A stretch of 63,999 nt of DNA, the filler included, from Circinaria calcarea (Eukaryota), in the NCBI GenBank assembly GCA_051942165.1. It is 9 parts of 9 records of this genome, joined end to end, with 100 filler letters (N's around TTAATTAATTAA, not from the genome) between each part and the next. Parts side by side here need not be neighbours in the genome. Positions count along the whole stretch, not along the records: positions 35,742 to 42,778 come from JAVECS010001425.1; positions 42,879 to 49,915 come from JAVECS010001426.1; positions 50,016 to 57,051 come from JAVECS010001427.1; 6 more parts are not named here. One strand, written 5' to 3'. Below the pieces are notes generated by a model. It worked only from the letters and a program-made list of their open reading frames with translations. It was not told the origin of the DNA and made no database searches. A program made the translations under genes and the position numbers. Shown piece after piece: positions 38,941-50,236 of this stretch (its first letter is position 1; each line of letters starts with the position of its first letter).

Positions 38941-39806
38941 TGGGGGTTTAGCAATTTCCTTGCTAGAAGTTTCGTCATGCTCGGGAGCACGGCACCGCTA
39001 AGCTGATAGCACGGAGCGCAAGCCGGCAGAAACTGTGTGTTCGTGTTGGTCCACTAGCTTAATATAGCTCTGTTGTACATCCACAATAGCTATGTAAGGC
39101 TAAGCTGGGGGTCTCCTCCATGTATTGGCTGGGAGCACTGTTATTCCGCGCCTACCTAACCATAACATAAAACTTGGGGGGTTTTGATTTTCTGTGTAAG
39201 AAGAATGTATGTCATGGAAGCCAATAGAATCCATTACTAAAGTTTAATCCTTACTATTAGAACATAGCTCCGATGTGGACCTATAACGGAGCTATGTAAC
39301 GTTATGTTGGCTTATAGGCAATTGATCATCGTATTAAGTTATATTTGCCACCAAAATTCAACGTTAAATCATCAAGTAAGCAGCAGCGGCCCCCTAGCAG
39401 CTAGCTTCTACTCGACGGGCGCCCCGTGATTTCCAACCTCCTCTCAGTAGCAATAGGCCCCGGTCTACGCCGTCTTTTTGCCCCTATAATAGCGTCTTCA
39501 TCCTCCCAGCCTAGCTAGCGTACTAATCTTACTAAAGACGACGTCGATATGCTTATTGATATCTACTATTCACGTCAGTAGGAATATTTTACATTAAGGG
39601 GAGAGCATCTCAAAAGCACGGAAAAGCGTGGCATATTTATTAAATTATAAGGGGGGAATAGCATGAAATTCTACAGTATAATAAATTTAAAGGTTTGATA
39701 TTGATTATTTAGGCTTAGCTCTCGGACTTCTGTTATTCCGAGCCTAAATTACACTAGGCTAATCTAATTAAAAACCACCAAAACCCCCCGACTGCTAAAA
39801 CCCCCA
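38941..39806. mobile_element. MITE copy A (about 247 bp once copy B is removed)
   Basis: TIRs tgggggtttagca / tgctaaaaccccca; flanks ACT and AAT; palindrome at 39063-39094; inverted similarity to copy C along its length. Confidence 0.75.
39175..39790. mobile_element. Related non-autonomous element, copy B (616 bp), nested in copy A
   Basis: TIRs tggggggttttg / caaaaccccccg; exact ACT duplication at 39172-39174 and 39791-39793; palindrome at 39263-39296; TpA-rich interior. Confidence 0.75.
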
Positions 39807-39858
39807 AATATAAGTCTTATTTCAGCCGATCCAGGTAGATTGCAGCATTGGCGACAGT

Positions 39859-40148
39859 TGGGTCCTTTAGCAAAACTTATTATGTTAGTGTAATGTAAGC
39901 CTAGGCGCGGAATAACTTTGGTCCCAACCAATACATAACCTGCATGGAAAGTTGCCCCAGCTTAGCTTTACGTAGCTCCGTTGTACATCCACAACGGAGC
40001 TATGTTATATTAGTGGACCTATTCTGACCAATATCAGGGCATGAATTATGGTAGGCCTGCTATCTGTCCTTACTATATCAGGCTTAAGGTATCGGTACCG
40101 GGCTCCCGTACATAACAAATCTCTTACAGAATTTTGTTAAAAGACCCA
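39859..40148. mobile_element. MITE copy C (290 bp), inverted relative to copy A
   Basis: 17-bp TIRs tgggtcctttagcaaaa / ttttgttaaaagaccca (2 mismatches); flanks AGT and (A)AGT; palindrome at 39971-40004. Confidence 0.8.
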
Positions 40149-41852
40149 AAGTATGAAGAGTCGTGTAGGTGGATTTTTTAGCTCTATTGAGTTGAAGTCC
40201 GAGCTAGGTACTGCATCGTCCCCGTTCACCCAACCTTCGATAGAGCGGGGGGTGGCACGTTTCGGACTCCTTGAGGCGGCCAAGGCATCTCCAAGCAGGC
40301 CGAACCAACTCGCTACAATCATCAAACTATAGCCAGTTACGACGAAGTCTGATAAACTCTACAATATGCCTTGGGGTATATCCTCTACATCGGCTATCCT
40401 GCAGTGCTTTACATCGCTTTAACCTTCTTTCGATGATCTATTTCTTTAGTAGCTCAAGGTAGTAGCTAATAATAGAGCCCATCATTTATACTTGCAAGAG
40501 TGCAATAATGAGGGCGAGCAGCAAGCGGCTGAGGGAGAACTCCGGGAAGCTGAGGGGGAAGCATGGGAGAGTAAGGAGGGAGCGTGGGGAAAGTACAAGT
40601 ACAGAACAACATCTACAAATCTGAGCCGGGCGCTAGCCCGCTTCAACCATAAGAAACCCGTCTCTATCCCTATCCCAAGACCAACCTGGGCTTATTTGTT
40701 GGTACGAACGAGCATCTCGACGGACTGATCATCAAGCATCTCCAACCCTGATTCTCTCTCTCTGAGCCCCGGTACCAAAATCAACTATAACCCAAGCCGA
40801 GACTATGAATCCTCTGAGCCAGTCTCTAGTTTCGTAATTAATCCTCTCAAGCTCCACTTAGCATCATTACAACGGAACTGTCTCGTTTGTCAAGAAGATG
40901 CCAGTCTCGACAACTCAAATGCAACTCGGAGCATTAAGCAAAGAACAACCCCCCCTCTCCCCCGGTTGTCAGAAACATCTTGAAGACCCATCATTTTCAT
41001 CCCGCAGGAATTGAATGAGTCCCTTGGTCGCATAGTACGCAATCCGTTCCTACCCCGTACCGCGATAGAAGATCGTATGATCGATTGCCAAAGTAGCTTA
41101 CCTCAGCTTGCAAAAGTGCGATATTGTAAGTAAGAGAACTACAGTAAGCTCCTGCCGGATTGCAGAAGGAGCAAGGAAATTGATATCGGGTAGGACACGC
41201 CTAACACGAGGTTTAGCGCTAGGGTCAAACCCCAAAGACCTACCTATATGAAATGAACATCGCGAGCTCATGTTCTCATGTACGAAAGTAACTGGTAGGT
41301 AGGTACCTTCGGACTTGGGAAGGTGAAATAATTACGGGTCTACGATCACGAGAGCTTCGGATGCCAATCCGTTGGAACCCAGCGACATCATGATCAGAAG
41401 AAGGCCATTCTCGTTTCGAAAACCTCGAGTATTTTGCACGATAGCATTTCAGATGAGGAGAAAACTATCGTAAGCTAGTTTGCTCTAACTATGATACCTC
41501 ATAAAGACTGCAGCATTCCCAGACAGCACGAGATCAACATCGGGACCTTCAGACAGGTAAATGACCGCATAGGTATGCTACCTCAAATTCCTGGCACTCG
41601 CTGCATAACCTTGACATGGTAAGCTTCCCACATATCCACCATCAACTCGTGCGTTTCCTTTCAACCGATCAAACAAGAATGCTGCAACCAAAACTAGAAA
41701 ACCCCAGCCCAACGAATCATCCGTGCAACAACAAAATATGTTCGTGTATCTCCCAAGAAGATAGCCATAAGACCCTCGTTATCAGATCTCAGCCGCCGCG
41801 ATAAGCGGATTGATATATATTAGCAAGCCAAGCGAGATAACCAAGACGGAGT

Positions 41853-42778
41853 CTAAACCCCAACGTTCATGTCCCTACCATGCTCCGTGACTTTCTCGTC
41901 GTAACGACTCCCTGTATTACCGCCTCCTTGTGGCGCATATGGTGAAGTCGTACTCGGGACCGTAGTTGAGGACCAATCTTTTACGCTAATGCCAGGTGTA
42001 TCTATACGTTGGGTTGCTGTCTGCACCGCCTGCCGAAGTCCAGAATCACGAGCGAAGAAGCGAGAAGTTCGAGTGGTGATCCATGATCGAACCCCATGCG
42101 TAGACGGAGATGAGTGTCGCCCTGGCATATCCGTGGACTCTGTATACATTGATTCATTCGATCCATTAGCAGCTATGACCTCGGAAATGCTCTTGGGGCG
42201 TGGGAAAGTTTTCTTGGGATCAGTTGGTGACGGTGTAGAGAGAGCCGTATCTGTTGATGGGTTTCTGCTTGTACTGGGATAAAGTTAGCACAGGTACACA
42301 GTGAGTTTGAATTCACTGCACATACATCGTAGACCGGTCGTAAGACAATCTTTGTGCGATGAATTGACGAGCTTTGCTGCTGTAAGAACCGAATCGACTA
42401 CGGGAGGACGAATGCATGTGCGTCGGAAGTTGTTCTCGACGAAGTCGGGGGAAGATTTTGCCTAGTCCCATTTTAAGAAGCCAGGTGCGATACATTGTCA
42501 TCGCATCTTGACCGAGTCCGAAGCAGAAGAAAACCGTGAATCCAAGTGCAATACGGACCCAGCGGTCGAATGTCACATTACCGTAGGTAGGGATCAGGAA
42601 GATGTTCCACCATCCTTTTCCATGTATGACGCTCCAGCTATACGGTTGAAGAGGGAAGATGGCGTTGCGATAGAATATGTAGCATTGCACTGGGAGGAAA
42701 ATAACCAGCAGGATAAGCGATACTGAGAAGAGGCGTAGGAAGCGAGACTTGGTGAGACCAGAATTGGAGGAAGTGAGG
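41853..42778 (-). CDS. STE3: a-factor pheromone receptor Ste3/PreA, C-terminal half (5' truncated); intron 42325-42274
   Basis: SNSGLTKSRFLRLF, PYSWSVIHG, FDRWV, FFCFGLGQDAMTMYRTWLLKMGLGKIFP. Confidence 0.9.
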
Positions 42779-42878
42779 NNNNNNNNNNNNNNNNNNNNNN
42801 NNNNNNNNNNNNNNNNNNNNNNTTAATTAATTAANNNNNNNNNNNNNNNNNNNNNNNNNNNNNNNNNNNNNNNNNNNN
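42779..42878. other. Artificial contig linker
   Basis: N44-TTAATTAATTAA-N44. Confidence 0.98.
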
Positions 42879-44469
42879 CCGGTCCAGATGACACAACAAG
42901 CCGCAAACCAAGAGATCCTGTATGTATCCGGATGGGCCTGCTCTTCGGTTTTGACAAGCACAAATGAGGTGTCACCTGACTTTGGTGACTACCCCTACAA
43001 TACTGTCCCGAATCAGGTACAGCGATTGTTCAAGGCACAACAACTGCATGATCGTAAACATTGGGATGCACGGAGACGAATGACAGCAGAAGCCAGGCGG
43101 AAAACCCCTTATATTGACTATCTGAGACCGATTGTAGCAGATGGTGATACCGGGTAAGGTCAATCGCACTGACTTGTCCTAGATGAGCTGACAGAACTAG
43201 ACATGGTGGGCTCTCTGCCGTCTTAAAACTTGCCAAACTTTTCGCAGAAAACGGTGCCGCGGCCGTGCATTTCGAAGACCAACTTCATGGCGGTAAAAAG
43301 TGTGGACATCTGGCCGGTAAAGTTCTGGTCCCTGTTGGAGAACACATCAACCGCTTAGTAGCCGCTCGTTTCCAATGGGACCTTATGGGATGCGAGAATT
43401 TGATTATTGCTCGGACTGATTCAGAGAGTGGAAAATTACTGAGCAGTGCCATTGACATCCGAGATCACGAGTATATCTTAGGTGTTACCGAAGATGTCGA
43501 GCCACTGGCCGAGACTTTACAGGCAATGGAGTTTCAAGGTGCTTCCGGAGAGAAGATTGACCAATTCGAGGCCGCCTGGGTCAAAGAGCACAAGCTTATG
43601 ACCTTTGATGAGGGTAAATTCAGTCCTTGACCTTCGTTCATAAGTCTAGGCTAATTTCTTGACGTTGCAGCTGTTGTCAAGCATCTTCAATCAGAAGGTG
43701 CTAATCAACACACGATTGATGAGTATGCAAACCATATCCGTGAACACCGTAATATGTCTTTATTGCAGAGGCGGAGATTTGCAGCAAAATATTCAAAGCA
43801 TCCAGTCTTCTTTTCATGGAACATTCCCAGGACTCGAGAAGGTTTCTATCATTACCGTGCCGGACTGCCAGCTGCAACGAAGCGGGCAATCGAGTTTGCC
43901 CCCTTTGCCGATCTTCTATGGCTTGAAACCGCCGATCCAAGCGTTGAAAAAGGGGCAGGATTCGCTAATGAAATTCGAGCCAAGTATCCTGGAAAGCAAC
44001 TGGTATATAACCTCAGTCCGTCCTTCAATTGGATGGGCCAGGGTTTCGACGGAGCGAGGCTGAGGTCCTTCATTTGGGATCTTGCGAAGCATGGGTGAGA
44101 TATACGTCAAAGCAAGAAATATAGAGGTATACTCATGTGTGTTACAGCTTCGTTCTGCAACTCATATCTCTTGCCGGCCTTCATTCCACAGCAACCATTA
44201 CCGCTGAGCTCTCCAGAGAATTCAAGACGGATGGCATGCTAGCCTACGTAAACTTGGTACAGCGTCGAGAAAAAGAATTGGGAGTAGATGTTCTCACTCA
44301 TCAGAAATGGAGTGGTGCTGCCTATATCGACGGCATCTTGGGAGCCATACAAAGTGGAAGTAGTGGAAGTAAGAGTATGGGTGAAGGAAATACAGAAACA
44401 GGTATGTCTCAAATAAGCTCAATTGTCTTCTCTTTGAGCGTGAATCTCTGACCTGTGGTAGGATTTTGA
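42879..44469 (+). CDS. MCL1: 2-methylisocitrate lyase (ICL superfamily), 5' truncated; introns 43154-43200, 43614-43670, 44095-44147, 44402-44461
   Basis: [29 protein letters not shown] (Leu variant typical of fungal MCL/ICL2), [16 protein letters not shown]. Confidence 0.88.
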
Positions 44470-44718
44470 GCAAGAGTGCAGAGTTATAGGTTAGTGTTGA
44501 CATGTCATCCGAACGGAGCCTAGGGTATTCTATATCTCGCTTAATGTTACGCTATGAACCGGAGTTTATATGTTTCTCTTGGTGCGAAAACGACCGGAGC
44601 CTTGGGAATCATTTCACCGGAGATCACATCTTCCGTTCAGGTTCGGTCTCAACATGAACTCCTTTCTACCACTTGGCAAAAAATTCTTTCAACCCTCAGC
44701 TCATTGCAGAATACCGTT

Positions 44719-45682
44719 ATGGACCCCTACTACAAAGCACCAGAAGACCTCACCTCTGTTCATGGGAAGCTTTCTCTTCAATACCCTCAGGGCCATCCTC
44801 TAGGACCCCCTGTCAAAGACTGGGTTTTTGACGCTGAAATTGAAGCAGTCAAGGCTCGTATCCGTGTTCCTACTGACGTAGCAGAGGTGGAAGCGGACGA
44901 TCTCTACTGTATCTGCCGTGGCACAGATGATGGGCGTCAGATGATTCATTGCAGTTCTGAAGAGAACTGCTTTTACGGATGGTTCCATACAAGTTGCATT
45001 GGAATGCACCAGCTGCCTAATTATGACGGTAGTTCGGTCACTCCGCATTTTATAGTAGGGAACTAATTCATAAATTCTAGAGGAATGGTACTGTGAAAGC
45101 TGCCGCCTCCGCCTCGAGAGATCATTTCGTCAAAATCAAGAAGTCTTTAGCAGTGGACCCTCCCTTCCAAATAAAGATGTATCCTCTTCAGTCTCTTCCA
45201 GTGAAGTTAGCATAGACAGCTCTCATTGTGTAAAAAAGAAATCAGCATTTATAAAACCGAGCTCGCAGACTTCACCACCTCCGGTATCAGCCCGTGGAAA
45301 GCGTGCACGCACGTCAGAACCATTACCACCTCGCAAGAAACGAGCTGGTAGTTCAGCTATCACCAAAGATACCAATGGCTTCGGTGCTGAGCCAAGCCTC
45401 ATGTCCTCCCAGCACCCACTGTCATGGAAGACCCCCTGGGAGGACGATGAAACAAAGGTCATGATCTCAAGCATGGCTGAATTGGTTGAGAAAGGAGCCC
45501 ACAAGAATTGCAAGTATAGATGGAACTACGTATCAGAGGCATTGGCAAAGCAAGGGATGTATAGATCGTGGTCATCCGTCAGAATGGCATGGATGAGGTT
45601 TGGGAGGGCACTGAGTGGAATCGACGAGCGGGAGAAAAACCTGGGAGGCGCGATGTCTGTGGGGAGACGCAAGTCGAAGTAG
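44719..45682 (+). CDS. PHD finger plus C-terminal Myb/SANT-like protein; intron 45029-45080
   Basis: LYCICRGTDDGRQMIHC...CFYGWFHTSC...WYCESC, then an open frame into PWEDDET...RWNYVSEAL...RSWSSVRMAWMRFGR. Confidence 0.8.
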
Positions 45683-46482
45683 GTTGTACTATCTGTCGAA
45701 CTTCCCAGCAGCTGTTCAATGAAGAATCTACGGAGGCCTACCTCAAATACAACAATGGAAAGTATCTTGCAGCAGACACAGTGTGCAAGTCTGTGATATA
45801 GTGAGAGGCCAACGTAGATTTACTGCCCGTCCTCTTTATCTCAGGCTATGTAGCCCCCATGCATATATCCCCTTCGCCTGGCATTTTAGCTAAGCTTTTG
45901 GAAGTTAGAAAGACAGTGCCATCGTACGGTGGAGTTAGTCTGTGCAATTTTTATATGGGAAACTTCCCACACCCTTTTACTGTTACGAAGCAGTTTTACC
46001 ATGATAGTTTTCAAGCTTAAACTTAGAAGTTTTCTTGGGTGCTCCCCTATTCTGGGGATATGCAGGAAACGGCAGGTTTGCTCCATACGACCGTCTGGCT
46101 TTTGCTTGTAAATCATATCTTGTTAGGCATTATAAGAATTTAACTTTAATGATGTCTAGTTGGAAGGACTTGATACATGTGTATTGTGTAGGGGGTACTC
46201 CCCATTCTCCAATTTCCTTTCATCGGTAACCCTAATTAATGACTTTCGCTCTCCAACCTTGACAATCGTTAAGCGAGAATCCCGATAAGCCAGCGCTGAC
46301 GCACTAGCTCCGGAAGACTCAGGGCTGAAAAAAAAAGCTCAATGTGTCTTTGTTACCTAACTCTGGGTGATCCCACCCAATTTCTCCGTACTCCCTCATG
46401 CGCTTTTCCCTTGCCTCAACTTGAGAGAGAAGAACCTTCGTCGCCTTCATTGCTACTCTCCAAGTAAAACGAGCGCTAGAGG

Positions 46483-49400
46483 ATGCCACACCAGATTTCC
46501 CCTCCCCTCGCGCCCGTCATGATCTCCAAGTCCTCGAACTCCTCGTCCGTCCCACCAACACAGCTGGAGATCACATCCCTCCTAGATGCAATCTTCCTGG
46601 CAAAGACCTCACAAGCATCCTTGGATGCTGCATACGCACTTACCAATCTTCTGATCAACTCTGTCGGCTTCCGCGGTCTACACGGCTATGGTGTCCTCGA
46701 CGCAATCAAAAAGGCTGCGGCGGATAAAAAGGATGGAGCGAAGCGTGAGAGCGCCATGATCATTTTAGGAGCTTTACTTGAGAGGTTTCCACCGGCGCAA
46801 CCGATCAGCGAAGTTGTCTTCCTTCTCCAAGATGGTGGAATGATCGCCCCAGCATTGGATGCGCTGGCAGACAAAGGAGCGGTGGTGCGAGAATCAGCCC
46901 AGTACGCATTGGATGCCCTTTTTGCCAATCTCAGGCCCGAGAGTCTTGTTGCTGGATTGTTACCGGCTTTGTCACAGTACTTGAGTAAGAGATCTGGCAA
47001 ATGGCAGGGTACTGTGGGTGCATACGAGTTAATAGGCCGGACGGCAGACAAGGCAAAGCTGGGAATGGGTAGCAAGGAAGAAGAGAAGATTAAAGAGGTT
47101 CTAAGGGAGTCGATGGGCAAAAGGCTAGCTGCTCTGATTCCTATTGTAGAATCAGGTATGCACGACTTAAAGGCTGAGGTCAGTACGCAAGGGGACGACT
47201 GAGATCTAGCTTCTAAATTTTGTTTTATAGGTGTCCAAGCAGGCAACCAAAACCATGACCTCCTTGACAACACTTCTGTCAAACGATGATGTTGCGCCGC
47301 GGATACCTCTTCTCATCAAGACCATGCAGAATCCATCTACCGAGACATTACAAAAGGCCATCCACGCCTTATCCCAAACCACTTTCGTTGCCATTGTAAC
47401 GTCCCCTGTTCTCGCCCTTCTTACACCCCTCCTCGAACGCTCCCTCAACACCCCTACAACATCCCAAGAAGTGCTCCGACAAACCGTCGTGGTCGTTGAA
47501 AATCTTACCAAGCTCGTCCATGATCCAGTGGAGGCGCGCACTTTTCTACCGAAACTCAAGCCTGGAGTGCAAGGTGTCAAGGATAGGGCATCGCTACCCG
47601 AAGTACGAGAACTGGCGACTCGAGCTGTAATAGTAATAAACAAGGCCATGGGTGACGATGATGGCAATATTTCCAACGGGCAAATTGCCCCTACGACGAC
47701 CGAAGACGTCTTAAAAGTACTGGAGAGAGAGACCAAGCTTCGCGGAGGGACGACCGCTCTACCCAGAGACGCTGAGCTTTGGACCTTAGCAAGAACATAC
47801 ATTGCTGAGATGGTGCGAGAGGATGTCAGTCTTAGAGAGATACAGCGTATTCGTCTTTCCATTGGACCATATCTCGAACAAATCGTCAAAGACGACCAAG
47901 CTCATATGGTCGCGGATGCAGTACAGAAGTATTACATCGAGGAAGACCATCGAAAGTTTGGCCAACCAATCAAGGAAGACACTGGCGAGGTTGAGATTGT
48001 CAACACTGACTTTTCACTTGCCTACGGTGGTATGCTTTTACTTTCACACACTAATTTACGACTTCTCAAAGGGCACCGATATGGCTTATGCGGGCGAAAT
48101 GGCGCAGGGAAATCCACGCTCATGCGCAGTATTGCTGAAGGGAAGTTGGAGGGTTTCCCAAGCAAAGATCAGCTGAGGACCTGTTTCGTGGAACATAATC
48201 AAGGCGAAGACGCTGATTTGAGTATTTTGGAATTTGTCGCTAAAGATCCGGAGCTGGCCTCTGAAGGAAGGGACCGTATTTCTGAGGTTTTAGCTGAGGT
48301 TGGTTTCACGGCCGGGCCAGAAGGTCGACAACAGCAAAAGGTTGGGTCGCTTTCTGGTGGATGGAAGATGAAGCTCGCTCTGGCTCGAGCCATGTTAATG
48401 CGTGCTGATGTGTTACTACTCGATGAACCTACGAACCACTTGGATGTTAGCAATGTCAAATGGTTACAGGAATACTTGAAGAAGCACACGGAGATTACGA
48501 GTTTGATTGTCAGTCACGACTCTGGATTTCTAGATGAGGTCTGCACAGACATTTACCACTACGAGTCGAAGAAACTGGTCTGTTACCCAGGAAACCTTGC
48601 AGCGTAAGTTGTTGAGAATCGTTTTCTCAAACAATACTGACCTGGATAACAGTTTCGTTCGCGTCAAACCAGAAGGCAAAAGTTATTACACCCTCTCCGC
48701 GTCTCAAGTCCAGTTCAAGTTTCCCAACCCTGGTTTACTTACAGGTGTGAAGTCATCAACTAGGGCTATCATCCGCATGACCGATTGTACATACACTTAT
48801 CCTGGCGCCTCGAAACCGTCGCTGCAAGATGTATCTTGTGCTCTTACGCTATCTTCAAGAACTGCTATCATTGGCGCGAATGGTGCTGGAAAGTCCACAT
48901 TGATCAAACTTCTTACTGGAGAGACTATTCCACAAACGGGCACGGTCCAGAAACACCCCAATCTACGTATCGGATACATCAAGCAGCATGCACTTGAGCA
49001 TGTAGAGATGCACATGGAGAAGACGCCCAATCAGTACCTACAGTGGCGATACGCCAACGGCGATGATCGGGAGGTCTTGATGAAGCAGACTAGGGTCCTC
49101 ACCCCAGAGGATAAAGCTCAGATGGAGAAGTTTGTGGATTTGGGAGATGGAAAGGGTGGTCGAAGGATAGAGAACCTGATGGGTCGGCAGAAGTGGAAGA
49201 AGTCGTTCCAATACGAAGTGTATACTAAATTGCTTCTCCTATATTTCAAATATCCTGCTAATCTTCCTCTAGGAAATGGGTTGGTATGCTTCCTAAGCAT
49301 AATTCGCAAGTTTCTCGAGAAACGCTTCTGGAGCTGGGCTTCGGGAAGCTCGTTCAAGAGTTCGACGATCATGAAGCTTCGCGAGAAGGTCTCGGCTTCC

Positions 49401-49915
49401 GGCAGCTCGAACCAAAAATCATTTCCAAGCATTTCGAAGATATCGGCATGGACCCTGAAATCGCCAACCACAATGAGATCTCCGGCTTATCTGGTGGCCA
49501 AAAGGTCAAAGTTGTCCTTGCTGGCGCTATGTGGAATAACCCGCATCTGCTGGTTCTGGATGAACCGACGAATTACCTCGATCGTGACTCTCTTGGGGGT
49601 TTGGCTGTCGCCATCCGCGACTACAAAGGTGGTGTAGTAATGATATCTCACAACGAAGAATTCGTCGGCGCGTTATGTCCAGAACAGTGGCATGTGGCCG
49701 ATGGGCGCGTGACGCACAAGGGCCATCTTGCCGTAGCTTTGGACCGATTTGAGGACAGCCGTCCAGGTAGTAGCGCGGCGAGCAGTGCTGTCTCTAGCGC
49801 TACTGCCTCGGCCGTGAACTCGGGAGCGGAGGACGGCGGAGATATGAAGTTCAAGGCGAAGAAGAAGAAGAAGCTTACGAGGCAGCAACTAAAGGAGCGG
49901 GAAGTGAGGCGGAGA
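46483..49915 (+). CDS. NEW1: eEF3-like ABC-F ATPase New1/Elf1 (3' truncated); introns 47179-47230, 48604-48652, 49220-49272
   Basis: HEAT-like N-terminus, GRNGAGKST, LSGGWKMK, LLDEPTN, chromodomain insert FQYEV/KWVG, LSGGQKVK, basic tail KKKKKLTRQQLKEREVRRR. Confidence 0.92.
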
Positions 49916-50015
49916 NNNNNNNNNNNNNNNNNNNNNNNNNNNNNNNNNNNNNNNNNNNNTTAATTAATTAANNNNNNNNNNNNNNNNNNNNNNNNNNNNN
50001 NNNNNNNNNNNNNNN
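49916..50015. other. Artificial contig linker
   Basis: N44-TTAATTAATTAA-N44. Confidence 0.98.
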
Positions 50016-50236
50016 TAGTTTCTCAGAGGCTTCCCATCTTTACCAGTGACAAAGCTACCTATGGAGTCTGTCAAGTCACCCACTGCTGCTTGGGTTCTCC
50101 ATCCAGGTGGTGGATCAAGGTAGCCCAGTCTAACATGTGGCTCATCCTCGGAGAGATCAATTTCTTGGGCGTGGAAGCTGGTAAGATCTTCAAGATTTGC
50201 TGGGTCTGCTGGTGACAGTTGGGCGATGGAAGCCAT
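50016..50236 (-). CDS. Possible 5' fragment of a hypothetical protein gene running off the contig
   Basis: ATG with open frame to contig edge and protein-like composition; no family recognised. Confidence 0.35.

Noticed and set aside
41853..44469. STE3 next to methylisocitrate lyase, and other cross-linker adjacencies
   Set aside because: Separated by an artificial linker; not real synteny.
42879..44469. Glyoxylate-cycle isocitrate lyase ICL1
   Set aside because: KKCGHL rather than KKCGHM, and WACS, favour methylisocitrate lyase.
46483..49915. Canonical eEF3 (YEF3)
   Set aside because: The N-terminus and the KKKKKLTRQQLKEREVRRR tail fit the New1/Elf1 paralog better.
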